32,879 bases of DNA, from the IMG/VR virus record IMGVR_UViG_3300022178_000016; one strand, given 5' to 3'. Source of the stretch: a virus (Duplodnaviria > Heunggongvirae > Uroviricota > Caudoviricetes). The notes beneath the pieces are model-generated. The model made no database searches and was not told where the DNA came from. It worked only from the letters and a program-made list of their open reading frames with translations. The position numbers and the translations under genes are program-made. Below, piece after piece: positions 7,738 to 14,639 of this stretch (positions are counted from its first letter, which is position 1; every line of letters starts with the position of its first letter).

Positions 7738-8106
7738 ATGTCAGAGATATACAATTTTAAAGAGCGAGATCGTGCAGGTTACAGTTGGTTCACTAAGTAC
7801 CTTTTAAGCACCCCAAGAGGTGAATCCCTTTCAGAATTATCCAGTTCCGAGGGGTTCGATCCCTCCAAACTTGAAGTATCTCTTACAATCAATGGCTTCT
7901 CTTTAAGGATTGATGATTTCAACCACTTACTTGATAAATGGTCTGATATGGTGGAGGAACGGGTTAAGAAGGAGTTGGATTATATTGAATCAGAAAGAGC
8001 AGTTCTTGAGAAAGCTGAAGAGTTAATTAAAAATAAGCTTGGTAATATTCAGGATGTATTGTATGATGTTGAAAATTCACTTTGGAAACTATCACAAGAG
8101 GAATGA
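7738..8106 (+). CDS. hypothetical protein
   Basis: 122 aa, helical C-terminus. Confidence 0.8.
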   Translation: MSEIYNFKERDRAGYSWFTKYLLSTPRGESLSELSSSEGFDPSKLEVSLTINGFSLRIDDFNHLLDKWSDMVEERVKKELDYIESERAVLEKAEELIKNKLGNIQDVLYDVENSLWKLSQEE

Positions 8107-8107
8107 T

Positions 8108-8425
8108 ATGAACTCTCTACAACTAGCTCACACATTAATGACATCTTTACAGAAAGGTAAGATTTGTAAAGTACGTTGGATTAAGAATGATGGTGTACAG
8201 AGAGTGGCTAGAGTGAGGTTGTGGAGTAAATCAGGGATAACGGATTACCCTCGGATAGGTATAAACCCAGTGGTTCATACAGGTCAATACATAACGTGTG
8301 AGGATGTAGATAAGAAGAGAGCTACAGGTGGTGGTAATAAAGGCTGGATTAATGTAAGCTTAAACAATATTCTTGAAGTTAAAGTAGAGAGTAAATCATT
8401 TTTAAATTGGATAATTGGAGGTTAA
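8108..8425 (+). CDS. possible Sm-like/SH3-barrel (WYL_2/DUF2693-like) protein
   Basis: Start at ATG 8108; V-x-W-I-K-x-D-G-x-x-R ... D-V-D-K ... G-W-I-N-V-x-L-N-N-I pattern recalled for the family. Confidence 0.5.
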   Translation: MNSLQLAHTLMTSLQKGKICKVRWIKNDGVQRVARVRLWSKSGITDYPRIGINPVVHTGQYITCEDVDKKRATGGGNKGWINVSLNNILEVKVESKSFLNWIIGG

Positions 8426-8426
8426 T

Positions 8427-9254
8427 ATGTGGGTAAAGATTAGTAAACCAGAAGATACAAAGAAGTTGAAAGTGGGCGATAAAGTTCGTGTAGACGGAAC
8501 AGAGTATAAATGTACTCACACCTATTATTCACCAACAGATTATGGGTTCGATATTTATGGAAAGTTACCTCATGGTGGTAGGGTATTATCTCATGGGTGT
8601 GTTAGACGTTTTGAGTACACAATTGAATTATGGGAAGGGGAGGAAACAACTATGAACAAACAGTATAAAATTAAGTTGAGAAAAGGTGATGCTTGTAAGA
8701 TTGAAGGGTTGACAGAAGAACAATACCATCAAGTTTGTAAGAGATTTATCAATAGTGGGGCTAGTAGTGACTATTACAGAGAGAAGACCTTTCAAGAATA
8801 CCTTAAGGATTACGACTATGTTATGTGGTATTGTCTAAGTCTCTGCCCTTGTTATCGGAAGGAATTAGAACCAAACGCAACAATTTACACTTATGAACAA
8901 ATAATGGAGGAGGAAAATCAAATGTTAGAACGTGATAAAGAGTATGATATTAAACTTACTGGGGAGGAGTTGTTCCTATTCACCTTTATGCTAGGTCAAA
9001 GTAACAGTTCCCTTAGTGGCGCCACTTATGAAAAATTGAAGAAAATGTTTATCCCCGAATTCGAGAGTTTACTGAATTCCATTTCCACTTTGAAGACCAT
9101 AGACTTATATTCCCATAAGTCTGAAATTATAGGAATCATGGATAAGGTATTCCCCAAACCAGAAACAGAACAAGAGAAGAAAATCCGAGAGATGGAAGAA
9201 CAATATGCAGCTCTTGGCAAAGCTATTGAGGAAGTTAAGAAGGGAAGTAAATAA
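8427..9254 (+). CDS. modular hypothetical protein with C-terminal coiled coil; nested in-frame starts at 8652 and 8922
   Basis: GGAGG SDs precede ATG 8427, 8652 and 8922, all in one frame. Confidence 0.8.
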   Translation: MWVKISKPEDTKKLKVGDKVRVDGTEYKCTHTYYSPTDYGFDIYGKLPHGGRVLSHGCVRRFEYTIELWEGEETTMNKQYKIKLRKGDACKIEGLTEEQYHQVCKRFINSGASSDYYREKTFQEYLKDYDYVMWYCLSLCPCYRKELEPNATIYTYEQIMEEENQMLERDKEYDIKLTGEELFLFTFMLGQSNSSLSGATYEKLKKMFIPEFESLLNSISTLKTIDLYSHKSEIIGIMDKVFPKPETEQEKKIREMEEQYAALGKAIEEVKKGSK

Positions 9255-9258
9255 ACAC

Positions 9259-9287
9259 TTGACAACAACCACAGGAGTTGAAATAAT
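9259..9287 (+). promoter_or_regulatory. sigma70 promoter
   Basis: AAATAAACAC-TTGACA-N17-AATAAT with TG one base upstream of the -10. Confidence 0.7.
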
Positions 9288-9332
9288 ACCCCTACCAAGT
9301 CGTAATGACACAATAATGAAGGAGAAATAAAC

Positions 9333-9590
9333 ATGCCACAGCAACGTAAGAAGCACATTCCACTAAACGGTTTTAAAGGTGATATGCCACCAATGAAACT
9401 GGAGTTTGAATACCGTACACTTGAAGATGGTACTAAAGTTCCTGTAGCCACTCGTAGAGTTGAACAAGAACGTGGTGAGTATGTGTACCATGCGACTAAG
9501 GGGTGGAAGAAAAAGAGACAATACAATCCACATTCTGTGTTGAATGTATTGTTACAACGTATTGGTTTAAATAGTATGTATGATTATTAA
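9333..9590 (+). CDS. hypothetical basic protein
   Basis: 85 aa, AAGGAG SD. Confidence 0.8.
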   Translation: MPQQRKKHIPLNGFKGDMPPMKLEFEYRTLEDGTKVPVATRRVEQERGEYVYHATKGWKKKRQYNPHSVLNVLLQRIGLNSMYDY

Positions 9591-9602
9591 TTAGGAGGAT
9601 TT

Positions 9603-9971
9603 ATGGACAGCAGTAAGTTAATGGTTATAAATGAGATTAGTTCAGAAATCCGTAAGTTAAATGATAAATGGTGGTGTGATTTAACTACAGGAGAACCCAT
9701 AGTACGTAATGTCGGAGAATTACTTTGTCTGGTTCACAGTGAGATTAGCGAGGCTATGGAGGGTCACAGAAAGAATTTGATGGATGATAAGCTCCCACAT
9801 AGGACAATGTTTGAAGTTGAATTAGCTGATACAATGATTCGACTGTTTGATATAGCTGGAGGTTTTAACTTAGACCTAGCAGGGGCTATTATAGAGAAGC
9901 TGGAGTATAATAAAGTCCGTGAAGATCACAAGCCAGAGAATAGATTGGGGGTAAATGGTAAGAAATATTAA
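9603..9971 (+). CDS. MazG-like nucleoside triphosphate pyrophosphohydrolase
   Basis: LVHSEISEAMEG...EVELADTMIRLFDIAG (ExxE...ExxD acidic motifs of the MazG/all-alpha NTP-PPase fold). Confidence 0.85.
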   Translation: MDSSKLMVINEISSEIRKLNDKWWCDLTTGEPIVRNVGELLCLVHSEISEAMEGHRKNLMDDKLPHRTMFEVELADTMIRLFDIAGGFNLDLAGAIIEKLEYNKVREDHKPENRLGVNGKKY

Positions 9972-9979
9972 AATAACCC

Positions 9980-10007
9980 TTTACAAATAAATAAATTAGT
10001 GTAGTAT
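9980..10007 (+). promoter_or_regulatory. sigma70 promoter driving tRNA-like RNAs
   Basis: AAATAACCC-TTTACA-N16-TAGTAT; the 16-bp AAATAACCCTTTACAA is identical to 630-645. Confidence 0.75.
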
Positions 10008-10033
10008 TAATAACAAGCCCTTGGTGACAGGGG

Positions 10034-10112
10034 CATTTCTAAAGTCTTCTGGCATGGAAGTAAAAGGTAGCTCCTTTAAGGGTTCGAGTCCCTTCAGAAG
10101 ACTTTAGAAATG
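10034..10112 (+). ncRNA. minimal tRNA-like RNA with 18-bp closing stem
   Basis: Perfect 18-bp inverted repeat 10034-10051/10095-10112 enclosing GCATGGAAGTA, hairpin AAAGG-TAGCT-CCTTT and T arm AAGGG-TTCGAGT-CCCTT. Confidence 0.65.
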
Positions 10113-10122
10113 AATAAATTAA

Positions 10123-10210
10123 GTCCGGTGTACCCACATCATTCTTCTAAAGTGATGACATTAAATAGTGGGATGGAAGTCAAGTGGTTCGATACCACCA
10201 CCGGATACCA
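10123..10210 (+). tRNA. non-canonical D-armless tRNA-like RNA, anticodon TCT (Arg)
   Basis: Acceptor GTCCGGTG/CACCGGAT + A + CCA; T arm GTGG-TTCGATA-CCAC; anticodon arm CATCATT-CTTCTAA-AGTGATG; no D arm. Confidence 0.65.
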
Positions 10211-10235
10211 AACAACACAAACAAGAGGATTCTTT

Positions 10236-10430
10236 ATGAACACTTACAATCCAGAAACACATGTGGCTGTCCCTAAGACTGAGTTAGTTAAATTAGAAGA
10301 TAGTCGTATTCGGATTTATGAGTTTCTACGAGATGAGGGTTTCTTAGAATCAATACATAACCAGTATGTTATGGAGAATATAACCCGACAAATCTGGGAA
10401 GTAGCTAATAAACTTAAATGGGAGAATTGA
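10236..10430 (+). CDS. hypothetical protein
   Basis: Start re-placed at ATG 10236 (MNTYNPET) after GAGG SD; the listed extension overlaps the tRNA-like RNA. Confidence 0.75.
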   Translation: MNTYNPETHVAVPKTELVKLEDSRIRIYEFLRDEGFLESIHNQYVMENITRQIWEVANKLKWEN

Positions 10431-10431
10431 T

Positions 10432-10998
10432 ATGTTTGATAGAACTTACGTCACTACAGGAGGTGGTTCACATCACCATACTAATACAAGCACTGTGTAT
10501 GAACACAAAGCACCTACTGATCAAAGTATTGCAATTCTTAATGAGATGCAAGAAAAGACTATTACCAACTTATTAGCTAATTATACAGTATGGAACAATA
10601 CGTTTATCTATAATATTCACCTACTCTGTAAAGAAGGTTTAGAGTTTTATCGTGTATGTTATTGCTTAAATGGGCAACCTCAGCATTTTGACATACAACC
10701 TAGGGATATGAAAAGAGATGGTGACCTTTATGATGAAGTACATAGAGTTCTTCGTAAAAAGATAAGTAGACAACTTGAATCTACTATGTTAAAGTGGTTT
10801 GACCTTAAACGTTTACCTAATGTGATTGGAGATAGCCTATCTTTTGGGTACAAAGAACCAACCTCGTTCCACACAGCAAGTGACCCACAAGGTAGGAGTT
10901 CTGAAGAGTTGGGTTTAGAATGGATTAAAGAGTTAGTTAAATCTAGGTTCCAACAAGACAAGAACTTCAGAAATTTTATTGAAGACTTAGTAGAATAA
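10432..10998 (+). CDS. hypothetical protein
   Basis: 188 aa, GGGAG SD. Confidence 0.85.
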   Translation: MFDRTYVTTGGGSHHHTNTSTVYEHKAPTDQSIAILNEMQEKTITNLLANYTVWNNTFIYNIHLLCKEGLEFYRVCYCLNGQPQHFDIQPRDMKRDGDLYDEVHRVLRKKISRQLESTMLKWFDLKRLPNVIGDSLSFGYKEPTSFHTASDPQGRSSEELGLEWIKELVKSRFQQDKNFRNFIEDLVE

Positions 10999-11012
10999 TC
11001 GGGAGAATTAAT

Positions 11013-11207
11013 ATGAACACTCAAAAACTTATAGGGTTATATCGAATTAATGTTTCATGGTATGGTAAATGTATATACCTTTGTAAGTATGATCCTAATG
11101 TAAGTTCCTACAGAAGTCCTTATGAAGTTTGTATTAAGCTGGATCAGTATGAGAATGAAGGGGAAGCTTTACAAGCTGGAATTGATAAATTGTTGGGAGG
11201 GAGTTGA
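11013..11207 (+). CDS. hypothetical protein
   Basis: 64 aa, GGGAG SD. Confidence 0.75.
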   Translation: MNTQKLIGLYRINVSWYGKCIYLCKYDPNVSSYRSPYEVCIKLDQYENEGEALQAGIDKLLGGS

Positions 11208-11208
11208 T

Positions 11209-11427
11209 ATGAAATTATACGCATGGAAACCTAATGGGTATGGTGAATATAGCTTCTTTGTTTGTGCTGGGAATGAACAGCAGGCAAGAACTGTAGTAGA
11301 CGCTCATATTGAAAGTTTAAAAGATGATGAATATTTTAGTGATTATGTTACTAGTGGGTGGGGAACAGACTACTATGAACTAACTGTAGTGGAACCACTG
11401 AATGTAATCACAAACTGTAATGACTAA
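11209..11427 (+). CDS. hypothetical protein
   Basis: Start at ATG 11209 (MKLYAWKP) after GGGAG. Confidence 0.75.
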   Translation: MKLYAWKPNGYGEYSFFVCAGNEQQARTVVDAHIESLKDDEYFSDYVTSGWGTDYYELTVVEPLNVITNCND

Positions 11428-11436
11428 GGAATACCC

Positions 11437-11994
11437 ATGAAACCTTTATTATTCATTATCCTAATAGGGTTGAGCCTTCCTATAAAGCCCGTAGAGCCAC
11501 GTTATGCAGGTTACCTAGGCAATCCTATTACCGAGGTTAAGAAAGAGCTTGTAGAGCCTTCTACTGAGGTACAAAAGGTCGCTGTGATTACAGATGACCC
11601 TGACACATGGACTGAACATGAGTGTTTGGCAAGGAATGTCTACTGGGAGAGCAAGGGGGAGGGTGTTAAGGGTATGGCACTAACCGCTCAAATCACCCTA
11701 AACCGTGTCAACAGTAATAAGAGGTATTTTCCTAATACTGTATGCCAAGTAGTTAGACAAAAACTCACTAGAGGGTGCAGCTTTAGTTGGTTCTGTGACG
11801 GTAAGTCAGATAAACCTAGAGAGTTGGCAAGGTTTGAAGAAGCAAAAGAAGTTGCAACAAAGGCTTTACAAGGTGAGTACAAGGACTTAATAAAAGTAAA
11901 GTATTATAAGCGTTGTGACACTCCCAGTGACTTCTTCAATACTCTTGTTTATAAATTTAGGTATAAGAATCACTGTTACTACTCAGAGGGTTGA
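11437..11994 (+). CDS. SleB/Hydrolase_2 family cell wall hydrolase with N-terminal hydrophobic anchor/signal
   Basis: CLARNVYWESKGE...LNRVNS...FPNTVCQVV...C(S)FSW; catalytic Glu in the YWES motif. Confidence 0.9.
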   Translation: MKPLLFIILIGLSLPIKPVEPRYAGYLGNPITEVKKELVEPSTEVQKVAVITDDPDTWTEHECLARNVYWESKGEGVKGMALTAQITLNRVNSNKRYFPNTVCQVVRQKLTRGCSFSWFCDGKSDKPRELARFEEAKEVATKALQGEYKDLIKVKYYKRCDTPSDFFNTLVYKFRYKNHCYYSEG

Positions 11995-12010
11995 GGGGAG
12001 GGTATTTAAT

Positions 12011-12805
12011 ATGAAGGACATTAAGAGTTTAGAACTTAGTAAAGACTTACACGGACTGTGGACAGACCCCACTGATTTAATCAGTAAACAGTACAATGGG
12101 TGTATTATTATTGAGTATTGTGGATGGGCGTGGGACGTAACAAAAAGAAGGAAACACTGGTATAAGATAGAATGTTTTTGCGGGGCACCATTCTACACCA
12201 ATCACACGATGCTGCGGTACAACTCCATCAAAGGTTGTGGTTGTTCTAGGGAGTCTTCTAGTAAAACCCATAACAGAAGTAATGATAAGGTCTACAGGAA
12301 CTATCATGGGATGTTAAATAGGTGCTATAACCCTAAACACGATGCGTATGATAACTACGGTGGTAGAGGTATCCGTGTCTGCGATAGGTGGCGTATGAAG
12401 GTACAAGGGTTCTATAACTTCCTAGAGGACATGGGGGAGATTCCTGAGGGGTTAAGCTTAGACAGGATTGACGTTAACGGAAATTATGCACCTGATAACT
12501 GTAGGTGGGCAACTAAAACAGAACAGAATTATAATCAACGAAAGAGGAAAGATAACACTTCAGGGGTTACTGGGGTTAGGTTGGAACCTAGGTACAATAC
12601 TTGGGTTGCTTCCATAAGAATTAACAAGAAAATTATACATCTAGGTTCTTACAAAACCCGCTATGAGGCATATTTAGCTAGGATTGGAGGGGAATTACTA
12701 CACTATGGCGTAATAAAACAGCCAGTTTTTAATACTGAGGAAGACTTTTATAAGTATATACAAGGCTATGTTCAAAGTCTGTCAATTCTCCTACTGGAAC
12801 AATAA
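12011..12805 (+). CDS. free-standing HNH homing endonuclease (HNH plus AP2-like C-terminus)
   Basis: MLNRCYNP...YGGRGIRVCDRW...SLDRIDVNGNYAPDNCRWAT...QN...DNTSGVTGV; start at ATG 12011 after GGAGG. Confidence 0.9.
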   Translation: MKDIKSLELSKDLHGLWTDPTDLISKQYNGCIIIEYCGWAWDVTKRRKHWYKIECFCGAPFYTNHTMLRYNSIKGCGCSRESSSKTHNRSNDKVYRNYHGMLNRCYNPKHDAYDNYGGRGIRVCDRWRMKVQGFYNFLEDMGEIPEGLSLDRIDVNGNYAPDNCRWATKTEQNYNQRKRKDNTSGVTGVRLEPRYNTWVASIRINKKIIHLGSYKTRYEAYLARIGGELLHYGVIKQPVFNTEEDFYKYIQGYVQSLSILLLEQ

Positions 12806-13001
12806 GAATTTAGAGATAAAAGACTTGCAAGCTTATGAGAAAGTGTATAGAATAGCTACACAGGCTTTGGGAGGTAAGTTTAAAAGCTTTACAAAGACTA
12901 CTTTCTGTAAAAGATGTGATGTTGAAAGTAAGTTCTTTGATACGTTGACCTTCAAAGGTGCTGTTGGTAAGCATTGTTATTTTCAAGTAGCTAGTAGGTG
13001 A
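12768..13001 (+). pseudogene. stranded duplicate C-terminus of the SleB hydrolase
   Basis: CQFSYW...ATQALGG.FK...KRCD...FF.TL..K...HCYF aligns with the end of 11437-11994 (about 26 identities in about 69 positions by hand). Confidence 0.85.
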
Positions 13002-13029
13002 TACTGGTCAATTAATAACTGGAGGAATT

Positions 13030-13197
13030 ATGAAAACAGAAGAATATTTAGGGGATGGACTATACGTCCAGTTTGATGGGTACCAGTTAGCATTAAAAGC
13101 TAATAGTCATGAAGACCCAACAGCTGTTGTCTACTTAGATGATAGGGTGTGGGATAATTTAGTTAGGTTTGTTGAGCAATTGAAGGAGGAAATATGA
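13030..13197 (+). CDS. small hypothetical protein (55 aa, not in ORF track)
   Basis: MKTEEYLGDGLYVQFDGYQLALKANS...; GGAGG SD; ATGA overlap with the ATPase gene. Confidence 0.8.
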   Translation: MKTEEYLGDGLYVQFDGYQLALKANSHEDPTAVVYLDDRVWDNLVRFVEQLKEEI

Positions 13198-14357
13198 AAA
13201 GGTACAAACTAACGATACAACCAGAATATTGTAATGACTGGAGCATTGCTGACGCAATACGGGAGATTCTACAGAACTGTCTTGATGCTCCAAGTACCTT
13301 TGAGTGGGACGCTGGGTTAGATTACATGACCTTAACAAGTAAAAATACTCAACTCCCACAAAGCACCTTATTACTTGGTAATACAAGTAAACGTGGGGAT
13401 AAAGACAGTGTGGGCGGAAAAGGTGAAGGGTATAAACTTGCAATGATGATCCTTGTTCGTGAAGGTGTTGGTATTGAAATTCGTAATGGTAATAAACTTT
13501 GGGTTCCTATTATCGAATGGGATCAGGATTTTGAAGCTAATATGTTGGTCGTGAATGAGACAGAGTTGACAAATAATACTGATCTAACCTTCTTTATTAA
13601 AGATATAGACCAAGATACTATTGACACAGTGATACACAACTGTTTATACTTACAAGACCAAAATTCTTTTGGTAACTACGCAACAGCAGGATGTGGGAGT
13701 CGTATTTTCTTTGATGTGGAGGGGTTACTATATGTAGGGGGTCTGTTCGTTTGCTCCACTAATCTCCAGTATTCTTATGATCTACATCCAAGTAAGATCA
13801 AGCTTACAAGAGATCGGAGAGAATGTTCAGGTTGGGACTTACAAGGAGTTACAGCTAGTCTCCTTAAAGAAGTAGCAGAACCTAAACGTATTGTAGAAGC
13901 AGCACAGAAAGATGTTGCAGATGTACACCACATGCAGTATAGTTGGAGTGTGAGTAGTATACCTTCGGAAGTAGCTGATGAGGCATATAATGTGTTTAAA
14001 GAAGCTTATGGGGATGATGCAGTAGTTGCAGAAAGCTACTCTGAAATGGTAAGCTTACAGGAACAAGGGTTTGTTAAACCTGTTGTAGTGAATGATAGCT
14101 TTGCTAGATTGATTCGTAGTTCTAGTGATTATGAAACTACATTTAGTGAACAAGAAGATGCTCTTGAAGTGGAAGAAGAGAAGTCCCCTTTAGAACTTCT
14201 GGAGGAATGGAAAGCTGAATGGGGTTATAACAACTCCCCAAGTGGTTTAGAATCATTTGAAAAGATCCTTGACATCTTTCGTGAACGTGAATTAGAATAT
14301 AAGTATGCTGCAAAGAATAAAACTGTAAAGGGTGAATTTGATGACATACAGTTCTAA
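13194..14357 (+). CDS. GHKL (HATPase_c/Hsp90/MORC-like) ATPase domain protein
   Basis: N-box AIREILQNCLDA and G boxes LGNTSKRGD...GGKGEGYKLA. Confidence 0.8.
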   Translation: MKRYKLTIQPEYCNDWSIADAIREILQNCLDAPSTFEWDAGLDYMTLTSKNTQLPQSTLLLGNTSKRGDKDSVGGKGEGYKLAMMILVREGVGIEIRNGNKLWVPIIEWDQDFEANMLVVNETELTNNTDLTFFIKDIDQDTIDTVIHNCLYLQDQNSFGNYATAGCGSRIFFDVEGLLYVGGLFVCSTNLQYSYDLHPSKIKLTRDRRECSGWDLQGVTASLLKEVAEPKRIVEAAQKDVADVHHMQYSWSVSSIPSEVADEAYNVFKEAYGDDAVVAESYSEMVSLQEQGFVKPVVVNDSFARLIRSSSDYETTFSEQEDALEVEEEKSPLELLEEWKAEWGYNNSPSGLESFEKILDIFRERELEYKYAAKNKTVKGEFDDIQF

Positions 14358-14375
14358 ATTATGGAGAGTTGATTG

Positions 14376-14639
14376 ATGATTACACCGATAACCAATGAAT
14401 TTATTGTCGAGGCTAAGGCTGGTGGTTTTGGTAGTGTAAGGGTTTCTTATAAGGCACTGTCTGAAATAGTACACCCAGAGGAATACGGTATACTAGAAGG
14501 CTACACAACTGATTTCGACTATCAACCGCACTTGGATTGGTTTGCAAGCTGTGCTTGGAACTCAGAAGGAGAATCTATTCTTATATTTTTGCATAGGGAT
14601 GTATTAATAGAAGATGGGATTATTGTGGGTGGGTTATGA
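14376..14639 (+). CDS. hypothetical protein
   Basis: ATG 14376 after GGAG SD. Confidence 0.75.
   Translation: MITPITNEFIVEAKAGGFGSVRVSYKALSEIVHPEEYGILEGYTTDFDYQPHLDWFASCAWNSEGESILIFLHRDVLIEDGIIVGGL

Noticed and set aside
10034-10210. Canonical tRNA genes, tmRNA or YrlA Y RNA
   Set aside because: Neither unit has a D stem-loop in the normal position, there is no tag reading frame, and the T arm/acceptor order is not permuted as in YrlA.
10110-10235. N-terminal 42 codons of listed ORF 10110-10430
   Set aside because: The ATG lies inside the 18-bp stem of a tRNA-like RNA, has no SD, and the extension spans the second tRNA-like RNA. A GAGG SD supports ATG 10236.
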